A stretch of DNA of 64,000 nucleotides from Candidatus Sericytochromatia bacterium. GTDB lineage: Bacteria > Cyanobacteriota > Sericytochromatia > S15B-MN24 > VGJW01. The stretch lies in contig JAYKGV010000057.1 of assembly GCA_035285595.1 (NCBI GenBank), positions 6,810-70,809 of the forward strand, written 5' to 3'. Each line of letters starts with the position of its first letter. Position 1 is the first letter of the stretch. The translations under genes were made by a program, and so were the position numbers. The notes beneath the pieces were generated by a model. The model was not told the DNA's origin. It ran no database searches and saw only the letters and a program-made list of their open reading frames with translations. Shown piece by piece: positions 19,179-29,156 of this stretch.

Positions 19179-20588
19179 TTATTGCTTGTCGACGTCGAAC
19201 TCTGTCTCGACCTGCGTACCGGCCGCCCCGAAGGCCTCGAATCGGTCTTCCTCCGTGTGGAAAACGGCTTTCTGGGCGCGCATGAAGCTGCCGTCGTCAC
19301 GCTGGACCAGTACATCCTGAGTGACGGTCAGCGTCTGGTCCGCATCCTTGTAGTCGGCGCGGCGCCCCGTGACGCGTCGGCCCTTCTGGGCCACGACGAC
19401 GGTCTCTCCTGTCACGGTGGCATCGTTGGTCTGCTGATCGATGACGAGATGGTCTCCGGTGATGACCGTGCGTTCCGCCAGGGCTTTGTCCCGATCGGGA
19501 TCCGGCTTGCTGGTGTCCACGATCCCCTCCCGAATCAGCCAATCACCCTTGATCTGGGTCAACACCACGTGATCGTCGAGGGTGACGGTCTGGCGGGTGT
19601 GATCGACCCGTGCCCGATCTCCCGTCGCATGCTTCTCCCGCTGGATGAAGCGTACGTTGCCCAGGAAGGCCGCATCCTTGGTTCGGGCTTGATAGTCCAG
19701 GTGGTCGGCCCGGATGACCATGTCCTCCTTTCGGAAGGCATTCTTGACCTTGGCCTTGCGCCCGGGACCGTCGGGTCGAGCGGCAGGGTTTCCGACCCTC
19801 ACCAGCTCCACGTCGCCATCGACGGTGATGAGGCGGCGGTCGTGGTCATTGCGCATCCGCAAGCCCTGTACGGTCGTCCGGGGTTCGTCCCGCTGGTCCT
19901 GCACCAGCTCGAAGGGCACGTCGATCGTGGTGACTCGGGCTTTCTGGTCGTAGTGGGCCTCGCTGGTCGCGATCACACTGTCCGATTGATGGATGCGTAC
20001 GTTGCCTTTCACCACGGCAAGGCGGGTGGCGCGGTCATACTTCACGTGGTCCGAAAAGATCCGGACCGTGCCTTCGGGCAGCGGCTCTCCGGGGGGGCGA
20101 ACCTTGAGGGACTTGATCGGAGGCAAGGGAGGATACGAAGGTCGGCCTACGGGCGGCGGCAAGGGAAGGACGCCGCCGCCACCCAGAGGAGGAAGAGGCA
20201 GGGGCGAGGCGGCCATGGCGGGCGGGAGGGGGCGCGGTGCCGGCACGGCGGGGGGCAGGACTCGCGGCCTCAAGGTAGGTTCGGGTGTCGGCAGGCGAGG
20301 CAGTTTGCGCGCGGCACTCTGTCGTCCTGTAACTGACGGGGGGGAAGACCGATGCGCTGAGGCCGGGCGTTCTTCCGCGGTGACGGCGAACCCTGGTGAG
20401 GGTGGCGAGCCATCGGGTGTTCCTCCCGGGGGGGCCGCGCGCGGCGGGACCGGGCGCGGGGCGTCCGGTGCCTCAGGCAACTCGTCGGCCCGGACCGAGG
20501 CGATGGGCTGCGTGAACCACGAGAACAAGGCGAGGCCGACCACGACCAGCCCACGGCCAAGCCCCGGCACCTCAGTCCGGCCCCTCAC
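19179..20588 (-). CDS. OstA/LptA-like periplasmic protein with a Pro-rich N-terminal spacer
   Basis: GTG start overlapping the lptC-like stop (GTGA). Signal/anchor VVVGLALFSWF, about 140 aa Pro-rich, then three OstA-type modules (e.g. RADHLDYQARTKDAAFLGNVRFIQ, GRRADYKDADQTLTVTQDVLV). Confidence 0.7.
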   Translation of the reverse strand: MRGRTEVPGLGRGLVVVGLALFSWFTQPIASVRADELPEAPDAPRPVPPRAAPPGGTPDGSPPSPGFAVTAEERPASAHRSSPPSVTGRQSAARKLPRLPTPEPTLRPRVLPPAVPAPRPLPPAMAASPLPLPPLGGGGVLPLPPPVGRPSYPPLPPIKSLKVRPPGEPLPEGTVRIFSDHVKYDRATRLAVVKGNVRIHQSDSVIATSEAHYDQKARVTTIDVPFELVQDQRDEPRTTVQGLRMRNDHDRRLITVDGDVELVRVGNPAARPDGPGRKAKVKNAFRKEDMVIRADHLDYQARTKDAAFLGNVRFIQREKHATGDRARVDHTRQTVTLDDHVVLTQIKGDWLIREGIVDTSKPDPDRDKALAERTVITGDHLVIDQQTNDATVTGETVVVAQKGRRVTGRRADYKDADQTLTVTQDVLVQRDDGSFMRAQKAVFHTEEDRFEAFGAAGTQVETEFDVDKQ

Positions 20589-21247
20589 CGGGTCGCCTCC
20601 CCGACGGAGTCGATGCGCACCTGACCTGCCAGCTCGAGGACCTCGAGCTGGGTGTCGGCAGATGCCCGATCGGCTCCGACCCGCAACTTGCCATCCCGGG
20701 TTCGCAACTGTATCCGCCTTGGCAGGACGAGGCGATGCTCCCGAACCTTGTAACGGGCTTCCTCGGTGCGCAAGGTGTCCTTGTCATCCGTGGTGAAGGT
20801 GGCGTCCCCCCTGATGGTCAGCTCCTCATAATCATTGTCGTACTCGGCTTCACGCGCGGTCCAGCGCAGGCTGCGGATTTTAGGGGAAGCCACAGGTTTG
20901 GGCGTGGGTCCTACCACCGTGGTGCCCGGGGGCAGGGTGGCCGTGGCGTCGGCCTTCCAGTCCTTCAGGTTGACAAATCTTCCTCTGGGTTTGCCCACGA
21001 AATGGATGACACGCTGGTTCTGTCCGGCCGTCATCTCGGGCACGGTAATCTCCCACCGGGCAAGACCCTTGTCCCTGCCCCGGACCTCGACCTGTTCGAA
21101 CTGAAGCTCGATCTCGGGTCGCATGACGGTTTCCACCGGTTTCAGCAAAGCGTTGCGCGGTATTTCGGGTCGACGTAGCCACCAGATGCAAGGGCCGATG
21201 ATCACGGCTGCACCCACCGTGGCCATGAGGCCACGGCGCATGGCCAT
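20585..21247 (-). CDS. LptC-like membrane-anchored protein
   Basis: Single N-terminal TM (LMATVGAAVIIGPCIWW) followed by an OstA/LptC-type beta-jellyroll pattern (AREAEYDNDYEELTIRGDATF...). Start set to the ATG at 21247, after the lnt stop. Confidence 0.6.
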   Translation of the reverse strand: MAMRRGLMATVGAAVIIGPCIWWLRRPEIPRNALLKPVETVMRPEIELQFEQVEVRGRDKGLARWEITVPEMTAGQNQRVIHFVGKPRGRFVNLKDWKADATATLPPGTTVVGPTPKPVASPKIRSLRWTAREAEYDNDYEELTIRGDATFTTDDKDTLRTEEARYKVREHRLVLPRRIQLRTRDGKLRVGADRASADTQLEVLELAGQVRIDSVGEATR

Positions 21248-21276
21248 GGGCAGGCGGGACCAGGCCGCAAGACCCT

Positions 21277-22950
21277 TCACCCCAGGGCCTCGGGGATCGC
21301 CGCAGGAGCCCTGCCGAAGGCCGCCATCCACGAGAGTCCTACGAGAGCGGCTGCGACGCCCACCAGCCAGTCCCCATGCGCGCTGTAGGGCGTCACTTCG
21401 TTCACGGGAACAAAGGAGCCGGTGGCGACTGCTTCACGGAAGACAGGGGTGCGGGCCATCACTCGGCCGTCCGGGGCGATGATCCCCGATACTCCGGTGT
21501 TGGCCGCACGCAGGACCCACCTCCGCGTCTCGACCGCGCGCAGGATGGCGTGGGCGAAGTGTTGGTGCGGGGCACTGGTGTCCTTGTACCAGGCGTCATT
21601 GGTGACGATGGCCAGAACCGTGGCGCCTGCGGCCGCATCGGCCGAGAGGGCCGCCGGAAAGATCGAATCGAAGCAGATGCCCGTGCCGACCCTGCCGCCC
21701 ACGTCGCCGAGATCGAGGGGCGCGGCGCCTTCGCCTCGCGCCAGATCCTGAGACAGGATATTCAGCCGCGAGAGCACGTCAGGCAGGATGCCGCGGAAGG
21801 GCAGGAACTCGCCGAAAGGCACGAGATGGCGCTTGGCTTCCCACAGCCAGGGGCCCGCCGTTCCCCCGACGACGGTTGCCGCATTCATCAGCGCCGGAGA
21901 TTGATTTGGTGCGGATGGGGTCACGAAGAAGGCGCCCGTGACAAGCCGGCGCTGCCCTCCCGAGGGAAACATCGCCCGGATGCGATCGACCACGGCCTGG
22001 AAGTCGGGTCGACCTCCGGCGTTCCATACGATGGGCAGGGCCGATTCAGGCCATACGACGACCTGACTGCCCGCCGCACGAGACAGGTCCAGATAGCGGT
22101 CGACCATGGCGGGAAGGCGCCCGGGATCCCATTTCTGATCCGAGGGAAAGTTTCCCTGGACGACCGCGGCCGTGATGGCCTGGCCTTCCGTGATCGGCGC
22201 GGGTGCCAGCAATCGTCCTGCCCCCAGCCATGCCAGGAAAAGCCACGGCACCGCCTTGATGACTCCATGGCCGTTCCGCCACCGTTCGACGGCGGCCGCG
22301 GCCGTGAAGGCGATCAGCCCCCCGAGCGGGTAGGGGCCGACGAGGGAGAGCGCTTGCAGCACGTCGGGCGTCTCGGTCTGGGTCAATGCCAGCGGACCCC
22401 ATGGATAAGCCAAGTCCCCACGCGCCTGCAGCCATTCGAAGACCATCCACGAGGCGGCAGCCAGCAGCGGTATGCCCCCCGTCGGCAGATCCGCCCTGCG
22501 CCAGCGCCTGACCAGATCACCGTACGCCACGGCGAAAATGCCCGAGCCCGCTCCGATGACGAGGGCCACTCCCACGAGTGCCACGCCGACCACGACGAGC
22601 GACACGTCCCACGGGATCCCCAGCCACGTCAGCGGATGCATGGCCAGCAACCAGTGGTTCAACACCGATTGAAACGCCACCCCGAAGCCCAGTCCGGCCT
22701 TGAGGTCGTCGCGACGCCGTCGCGTCGTGCCCAGGACTGCAAAGAAGGGGATGAGTGCCACCCAAGCCATCAGGCCCGGCAAGACGGCCAAAGGTGTTCC
22801 GGGAGCGAGAATCCCCGGGAACGAAAGGCCCAGCAGCAGGCCACCGGACGCGGCCCAGGCCCAATGTCCCCGCCGAAGGGGGAAGACGCCGGCCTGCCCG
22901 TCCGGGGCGGTCTTTGGCGTCGGGGGCAGGGTCTCCATCGGAAGGGTCAT
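21277..22950 (-). CDS. lnt: apolipoprotein N-acyltransferase
   Basis: Multi-TM N-half plus a CN-hydrolase domain with the E/K/C triad contexts VVWPESALP, KRHLVPFGEFLP, GTGICFDSIF. Start set to the ATG at 22950. Confidence 0.88.
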   Translation of the reverse strand: MTLPMETLPPTPKTAPDGQAGVFPLRRGHWAWAASGGLLLGLSFPGILAPGTPLAVLPGLMAWVALIPFFAVLGTTRRRRDDLKAGLGFGVAFQSVLNHWLLAMHPLTWLGIPWDVSLVVVGVALVGVALVIGAGSGIFAVAYGDLVRRWRRADLPTGGIPLLAAASWMVFEWLQARGDLAYPWGPLALTQTETPDVLQALSLVGPYPLGGLIAFTAAAAVERWRNGHGVIKAVPWLFLAWLGAGRLLAPAPITEGQAITAAVVQGNFPSDQKWDPGRLPAMVDRYLDLSRAAGSQVVVWPESALPIVWNAGGRPDFQAVVDRIRAMFPSGGQRRLVTGAFFVTPSAPNQSPALMNAATVVGGTAGPWLWEAKRHLVPFGEFLPFRGILPDVLSRLNILSQDLARGEGAAPLDLGDVGGRVGTGICFDSIFPAALSADAAAGATVLAIVTNDAWYKDTSAPHQHFAHAILRAVETRRWVLRAANTGVSGIIAPDGRVMARTPVFREAVATGSFVPVNEVTPYSAHGDWLVGVAAALVGLSWMAAFGRAPAAIPEALG

Positions 22951-23051
22951 GGTAGCACGGGGGCCATGTCCCCTCCGGCCTCCCGACAGGTGCCCCCGAG
23001 GGGTCAAGGTATATGATGGGGTCCGGACTCCCCGGCCGGGTCCAAAGCCGC

Positions 23052-24137
23052 ATGCGGACGCTCGATCGCTACGTCATGGCCGAGCTCTTCCGACCATTCT
23101 TCGTCGGAGTGCTCGGCTTCATTGTCCTGATGCTCAGCTTTACGCTTTCGAGTTTCACGGACTTGATCTTCACGGCGGGAGCGTCGCCGGGGCCGGTCCT
23201 GATGCTGCTGCTCTACACGCTGCCCAGCGTGATGGTCCTGGCCTTTCCCGTGGCCTACCTCTTCTCCAGCCTGCTGGGCATCGGACGGATGGCTCGCGAC
23301 TTCGAGATCATCGCGCTGCGCAGCGGCGGCGTCTCCGTCAAGCGCATCTTGGCTCCCATCTTGTTGGGGGCGGCGTTGGTCTCTGCGGCCAATTTCTTTT
23401 TCAACGATGTGGTGGTCCCCTGGAGCAATCTGCGGATCAAGGAGACCAAGGCAGCTCTGATGAAGGCTTCCTTGCGGCCGGTGATTCGGCCGAATGTGTT
23501 CTTCAAGGGCACGGAGAACCGAAGTTTCTACGTGAAGGCCATCGATCCAAGGACCAGCGAGATGCAGGATATCCTGATCCTGGACCAGGGGCGGCCAGGT
23601 TGGCCACAACTGATTACCGCGCGGAAGGGGCGTTGGTTGTCTGCTGCCGACACCGGCGTATGGGTCCTCGAGGACGGCGAGGTCCGCAAGTTCGGCGAGA
23701 CCGGATACGTGGATCACGAGATCAAGTTCCGCAAGTTGCGCATCCAATTCCGCATGGACAATCCGATGCTTGGTTCGGATCTGGATCCTGCGGGATTGAA
23801 CGCTTCGAACCTCGACAAGCAGATCTCTCAGCTCAAGAAGCAGGGAGGGGACACCCATGCCCTCGAGGTGGCCTATCACATGAAGTTCAGCGTGCCATTG
23901 GCGACCTTCGCCGCTGCGCTCATCTCCGCCCCCCTCGGCATGCTGTTCTCTCGTCTCGGTCCGTACATCGGGGTGGCGCTCTCCGTCATCTTGGTCTTCC
24001 TCTACTACACGGCCATGCAGACTTTTCAGGCCATGGGCCAAGCAGGTTATTTGCATCCCATTCTGGCGGCGTGGTTGCAGAATCTTGTCTTCGGGGTCGT
24101 GGGTCTGGTGTTGCTGTCTCGGGTGGATCGACGATGA
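23052..24137 (+). CDS. lptF: LPS export ABC permease, YjgP/YjgQ family
   Basis: MRTLDRYVMAELFRPFF start typical of the family, with six-TM architecture and a periplasmic insert. Named F versus G by gene order only. Confidence 0.85.
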   Translation: MRTLDRYVMAELFRPFFVGVLGFIVLMLSFTLSSFTDLIFTAGASPGPVLMLLLYTLPSVMVLAFPVAYLFSSLLGIGRMARDFEIIALRSGGVSVKRILAPILLGAALVSAANFFFNDVVVPWSNLRIKETKAALMKASLRPVIRPNVFFKGTENRSFYVKAIDPRTSEMQDILILDQGRPGWPQLITARKGRWLSAADTGVWVLEDGEVRKFGETGYVDHEIKFRKLRIQFRMDNPMLGSDLDPAGLNASNLDKQISQLKKQGGDTHALEVAYHMKFSVPLATFAAALISAPLGMLFSRLGPYIGVALSVILVFLYYTAMQTFQAMGQAGYLHPILAAWLQNLVFGVVGLVLLSRVDRR

Positions 24138-24150
24138 TGCGGGGCCTTCG

Positions 24151-25236
24151 ATGAGCACCGGCATCGCTGACCGATACATCCTGCGGGAGCTGGTCCGTCC
24201 TTTCCTGGCCGGAGTGGGCGGGTTCCTGGTGATGAACCTCATCAACCTGCTCTATATCTACGCCTCGCTCATCGTGCAGAGCGGTGTGCCAGTGGACGTG
24301 GTCGTTCGGCTCCTGCTCTACAACTTGCCAGCCATTCTGGTCATCACGTTTCCCGTCGCTTATCTCTTCGCGACGTTGATTGCCGTGGGGCGCCTGAGCC
24401 GCGACTTCGAGATCGTGGCCCTGCGGGCCTGTGGCGTCAGCTTTCGACGCATGTGCGTGCCCGTGTTGGCTGGCGCCCTCGTCGTCGCGGGAGTGGGGTT
24501 CGCGTGCAATGACAGGTTGGTGCCTTGGTCAAACCGGCAGGTGGTCGACCTGGTCCGGACGCTCATGCTCAAGCAGACCAAGGCGGTCTTCAAGGACAAC
24601 GTCTTTTTTCGTGGGGAAGGCGAACGGACCTTCTACGTGCGGCAGGTCGACGAGCGGACCAACACCCTCTACGACGCCATCGTGATTGATCGCAAGGGCC
24701 CTCTGGGCGTGGTCATCACGGCTCGCAGCGGGACATGGAACGGCACCCGCTGGGAGTTGCAGGACGGCGTGGAGCATCGCTACGCCCCAGGTGGCACGTT
24801 CGTGGTGGAGGAGACCAACTTCGCCCTTCGGACGGTCGAGGTCGGCCAGGATCCCCAGGCCTACTACCGGAACGGTGATCTCTCCCCTCAGGAACAGACC
24901 TCCGAGGAGTTGGGCGCCCAGATCCGCACGCTCAAGGCCGCCGGCGTGGATACCAAGTCCTCCGAAGTCGACTATCACCTGAAGTTCAGCCTGCCGCTCG
25001 CGGCGGTGGTGGTGGCGCTACTTGCCGCCCCCCTCGGCTTCAGGTTCGGGCGGCTGGGCATCTTCATCGGGGTGTCCCTTACCATTGCGTTGGTGGCGGT
25101 CTACTACGTGGTGATGTCCATCTCCCGGTCGATGGGCAACGCCGGCATGATTCCGCCTCATTGGGCGGCGTGGAGCCAGAATCTGCTGTACGCCGTGGTC
25201 GGGGTCTTTTTGTTGTGGCGGGTGGATCGGCGATGA
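24151..25236 (+). CDS. lptG: LPS export ABC permease, YjgP/YjgQ family
   Basis: IADRYILRELVRPFLAG start. Paralog of the preceding gene with the same length (361 aa). Confidence 0.85.
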   Translation: MSTGIADRYILRELVRPFLAGVGGFLVMNLINLLYIYASLIVQSGVPVDVVVRLLLYNLPAILVITFPVAYLFATLIAVGRLSRDFEIVALRACGVSFRRMCVPVLAGALVVAGVGFACNDRLVPWSNRQVVDLVRTLMLKQTKAVFKDNVFFRGEGERTFYVRQVDERTNTLYDAIVIDRKGPLGVVITARSGTWNGTRWELQDGVEHRYAPGGTFVVEETNFALRTVEVGQDPQAYYRNGDLSPQEQTSEELGAQIRTLKAAGVDTKSSEVDYHLKFSLPLAAVVVALLAAPLGFRFGRLGIFIGVSLTIALVAVYYVVMSISRSMGNAGMIPPHWAAWSQNLLYAVVGVFLLWRVDRR

Positions 25237-28200
25237 AGGGAGCCATCGCCTGGCGTCGGGGGGTGGCGTCCCTTCTTGTGGTCATCCTGGCAAGCCTGGC
25301 CTTGTCACAAGCCTCCGCCATGGCGGCCGTCCCCGCGCCTCCTCCCTTGCCTCCGGGCTACCAAGGTCCTCCCCCGGGACTTGAGCCGCCTGTCTCGGGG
25401 CCGCCGGGCGACGCCCTTTCCCTGCCGACGTCACCGGAGGGTGCCCCAGGCCCGGGAACCCGGCCGCGACCTGAAAAGACAGCCCCCCCTTTCATCCCCG
25501 GGGCCATGGCCAGTCGATCGGCCTTGCCTGATCCTGGCGAGGACGAGGCGACGGGGGACGTGCCCTTCGAGGTCAAGTCGTTGCCTGCACCCTCGACCTC
25601 GTCCGCGACCGTCCGCTTGCGGGCGGACGTCCTGCGGCAGGACCGCACGACCCGCATCGGTCGTGCCGAGGGCCACGTGTCCTTGCAGTACCAGGATCTC
25701 AACGTCGAAACCGACTGGCTCGAATATGACCAGGACAAGAAACTGGTGCGAACGGACCGGCCCTTCGTCCTGCTGCAGCAGGCACCGGGCGGGACCCAGC
25801 GCATCACGGGCAAGGGTCTTGAGTTTCACCTGGACACCCGGGATGCCACGGTGCGAGAGGCTTACCTGACGGTCCCCGCACCCCAGACCGGCCAGATCCT
25901 CTATGTGTCAGCTGGGGAGTTGGAGACCCAGGGCCGGACGAAGTTTTTCCTGAAGCGGGGTGTCGTCAGCACATGTGAGGAAGTCCAGCTCGAGATTACC
26001 CCCCATTACCACGTTCAGGCCGAGCGCATCGAGCTGGTGCCCGATGAATACGTGCTTGGCTGGAACGCCTGGGTCAACGTCAATAACCGTCGGGCCATCT
26101 GGCTGCCCACATTCTGGTTGCCGCTCAAGAAGCGCGAGAGCAGGGCGGAGTTCGGCCAGAACGAGATCGAGGGCCTCTTCGCCAGGACAGGATTCGGTTA
26201 CCAGTTGGACCCGAGTCACTCGGGCACGTTGTTTCTGCACCTGCTGCAGAAGAAGGGGCCGGCCTTCGGGGTGTCGCATCAGATCGCCAACGGTGCGCGG
26301 TCGATGACACAGCTGGATGCCTTTGGCCTGCTGCTGCCGGATCCGGCGCCTTCGGGCTCGATTTCGGTTCACGGACTGGATCCGGACAACAGGCGTCCCT
26401 TTGACGATCGGATGTGGAAGATCCGCCATCAGCAGCGCCTGCTGGACACGATGACCTTGGACCTGTCCTTCGAGGACTGGAACCTCTACACCCTGTCCAA
26501 TGCCCAGGCCGTGGTGGGAAACAACCTTCAACGTACGGGGCTTTCCGAGGATACCCTGGCCCTCAAGGATTACCGGCAGGATCACGCCGCGCATACCTTG
26601 CGGCTGTCGGATCAGCGCATGGGCGTGAACTGGGGATTGTCTCGGCAATTTCGGGACGAGCGGGGCACACGCGGGCAGGTGTTCCAGACCTCGACGTCCT
26701 ACGGGGCGAATGCCTCGTGGTCGAAGGACGGCACGTCGATTCGCTTCCAGACCAACTCACAGACCAACCTGCCGCGACCTCGCCCGGGTGCCACGGGGAT
26801 TTTCGCCCCCACCACGACCGATCCCTCCAAGCTCGAAAACACGAATCTCGACGCCAATCTTCAGGTGGATCAGCAGCTGGGTCAGGGGGCCAAAGTGTCT
26901 TGGAACCAGCGTTATCGCCGGACCAGGGCACCGGCGGCCTTCGGGTCGACCTTGCCTACGGAGGTCGAGGAGCTGGAGGAGAAGCTGGACCTCAACCAGG
27001 ATCTGGGCTGGGCCAGCAGTCGGGTCAGCATGGGCAAGCTGCTCCTGTTCCAGCCCAATGGGCTCGAGGCAAAGAACATCAAGGCCCGCAACTACGTCGA
27101 CAAGCTGCCGGAGGTCGACCTGAACCTGAAGCCGCTCTTCGCGGATTTGCAGCCGGTCACGGTCGGTCTGGACGCCGGTCGATACTTCGAATGGAACCAG
27201 TACCCCACGGTCTCGCGCACCACGGCCGAGCAGTCGGAGGCCCTGCGTCCTTACCTCGGTGCCATCTCACGCTTCAATCCCTCGTTGTCTCTGGGATCGA
27301 AGGCCCACGGACTCTGGAGCGGGACCACCCTCGACGTGGGAGGGACGGGCTTCAACCAGCGGTTCTACAGCACGGGGGACGCGGCTTACGTCGTCAACGT
27401 CAACGCCGTCATGGTGTCTCAGGTGGGAGACCTGTTGCGGCAAACCTTGACCTACAAGCGGATCGAGCCAGGCGGCGCCAACGACCCGGATGAAAATCGC
27501 CGCTCGACCACACCCTTCCAGTTCGATGCCTTGGCGCTCACGCAGCTTAGCCAGCTCGACATCGAGGAACGGCTGGCGCTTACGGGCAAGATGGACTGGA
27601 CCCATCGCTTGTCCTACGACTACCAGCGCCGTCGTTACGGTGATTACGTGAGCACGTTGAACCTGACTCCGGATCCGAGGGTGGTAGGGACCTTGACCAG
27701 TAGCTACCGGTTTCGGGACTTTGAGTACTTCGAGCCTGCGGGGGGCAAGTGGGGCAATACGGCCTTGGGGCTGACGCTGCGCACGACGCCCGAAGCCTTT
27801 GGCGGGGGCTGGGGCAAGGAGAAACTCAACGAGGGGGTTCAGTTGGTCACCCAGCTCAACTTCGACCCCGAGAAGGGCAAACTGGCAAGCTTGACCAACG
27901 ATCTCGTCGCCTCCTTCGGGACGTCGTGGGAGAATCATTGGGAGCTGTTCGCCGGGGGGTCGTTCGATCTGGTGACGTCCATCCCAGGCGCCGTGCCCGT
28001 TCCGGGGGATCCCGATGCTCGTACTTACCGAATCCGGCGCTTCGGGATCTCACGCGACTTGCATGATTTCATCCTGTCATTCGAGTACGACCGGCAGTTC
28101 GAGTCATTTATGGTCCGGTTGCGGATGACGGCCTTCAATACGGATATCTTCAGTTTCTCGAACCAAGGTTTAGGCGTCGGGGGCGGGGTGGGCGCGCTGG

Positions 28201-28238
28201 GTGGGGTGTTGGGCGGGGTGACGGGAGGCTTGCCATGA
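25233..28238 (+). CDS. lptD: LptD/OstA-like outer-membrane LPS-assembly protein
   Basis: ATGA overlap with lptG. Signal peptide, Pro-rich linker, OstA_N-like module (RLRADVLRQDRTTRIGRAEGHVSLQYQDLNVETDWLEYD), then about 750 aa of alternating beta-barrel-like sequence with a Gly-rich tail. Confidence 0.78.
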   Translation: MKGAIAWRRGVASLLVVILASLALSQASAMAAVPAPPPLPPGYQGPPPGLEPPVSGPPGDALSLPTSPEGAPGPGTRPRPEKTAPPFIPGAMASRSALPDPGEDEATGDVPFEVKSLPAPSTSSATVRLRADVLRQDRTTRIGRAEGHVSLQYQDLNVETDWLEYDQDKKLVRTDRPFVLLQQAPGGTQRITGKGLEFHLDTRDATVREAYLTVPAPQTGQILYVSAGELETQGRTKFFLKRGVVSTCEEVQLEITPHYHVQAERIELVPDEYVLGWNAWVNVNNRRAIWLPTFWLPLKKRESRAEFGQNEIEGLFARTGFGYQLDPSHSGTLFLHLLQKKGPAFGVSHQIANGARSMTQLDAFGLLLPDPAPSGSISVHGLDPDNRRPFDDRMWKIRHQQRLLDTMTLDLSFEDWNLYTLSNAQAVVGNNLQRTGLSEDTLALKDYRQDHAAHTLRLSDQRMGVNWGLSRQFRDERGTRGQVFQTSTSYGANASWSKDGTSIRFQTNSQTNLPRPRPGATGIFAPTTTDPSKLENTNLDANLQVDQQLGQGAKVSWNQRYRRTRAPAAFGSTLPTEVEELEEKLDLNQDLGWASSRVSMGKLLLFQPNGLEAKNIKARNYVDKLPEVDLNLKPLFADLQPVTVGLDAGRYFEWNQYPTVSRTTAEQSEALRPYLGAISRFNPSLSLGSKAHGLWSGTTLDVGGTGFNQRFYSTGDAAYVVNVNAVMVSQVGDLLRQTLTYKRIEPGGANDPDENRRSTTPFQFDALALTQLSQLDIEERLALTGKMDWTHRLSYDYQRRRYGDYVSTLNLTPDPRVVGTLTSSYRFRDFEYFEPAGGKWGNTALGLTLRTTPEAFGGGWGKEKLNEGVQLVTQLNFDPEKGKLASLTNDLVASFGTSWENHWELFAGGSFDLVTSIPGAVPVPGDPDARTYRIRRFGISRDLHDFILSFEYDRQFESFMVRLRMTAFNTDIFSFSNQGLGVGGGVGALGGVLGGVTGGLP

Positions 28239-29089
28239 GGCCTTGGATGAGGGATGGCTTGGGGCTCGTACTGGGTGGCCTCCTGCTGACAGGTCTTCCG
28301 GGCTGTGCCAACCGCGCCATCAACCCCAGCTCGCGCAACAACCTGATCTTCCGCATCCAGATGCAGGGCGAGGTACCAAGCGACCCCAGGGTCAGAATCT
28401 TTTTCGTCGTCGACGCCTCGGGTCAGGCGGGGCAAGGCCCGAAGACCTTTGGGCCATGGCTGCGCGACCGCCCCATCATCGGGGCGGATTTTCCGGTGTA
28501 CCTGGGCAGCGACATGGCTTCGATCTCGGTGCCCCCGGGCACCTTGTTCCGTCAAGCGCTTGAGCCCAACTCGTGGACCAACGCCTTCATCTACACGACG
28601 GCCGGGGGGCGTCGGGTCGAGCACTGGGAGCAGACCTACGATCCAGCTACCAACGCCCGTGTGGTCCTGCCGGTCATCGCGGCTCGTCCCCCCTTGATCG
28701 AGAATCAGGACTGGAGGGTGACGAGTTCGCGCGGCACGGCACCTGGAGTTCCGCAGGACGTTCTGGAGTTGACCATTCCGTTTTCGCTCTTCGGGCAGGA
28801 TCTATCCAAGCTCAATCCTGCACAGATCCAGGCCAACCTGGTGGTGCAGGCAGCTCCGCCGCTCGAGGACAATTCGATTGCCGCCACCACCGAGCGATCG
28901 GGCTACAAGATCGACCAGTGGAACCTGTTGGACAACGGCTACTTCAGCTTGTCCATCAGCAAGGCCAGTCCCGTGGATCGAAAGGATGCCCCTCACGTGG
29001 GCGCACTCTTTCCGGGGAACGTGCCCTCGGGGGTGAACGTGGCCGACTGCACCCTCAAGGGCTATACGTCGGAGGTCCGAGGCTTGTAG
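28235..29089 (+). CDS. lipoprotein of unknown family, translationally coupled to lptD
   Basis: ATGA overlap with the lptD stop. Signal peptide with lipobox LTGLPGC. 284 aa. Confidence 0.7.
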   Translation: MRPWMRDGLGLVLGGLLLTGLPGCANRAINPSSRNNLIFRIQMQGEVPSDPRVRIFFVVDASGQAGQGPKTFGPWLRDRPIIGADFPVYLGSDMASISVPPGTLFRQALEPNSWTNAFIYTTAGGRRVEHWEQTYDPATNARVVLPVIAARPPLIENQDWRVTSSRGTAPGVPQDVLELTIPFSLFGQDLSKLNPAQIQANLVVQAAPPLEDNSIAATTERSGYKIDQWNLLDNGYFSLSISKASPVDRKDAPHVGALFPGNVPSGVNVADCTLKGYTSEVRGL

Positions 29090-29156
29090 AGGGTGCGGGA
29101 CGATCGGGAACCTCGTGACCTGCCGATGGGATCCCGAGCCCACGTCTCCAATCGGT

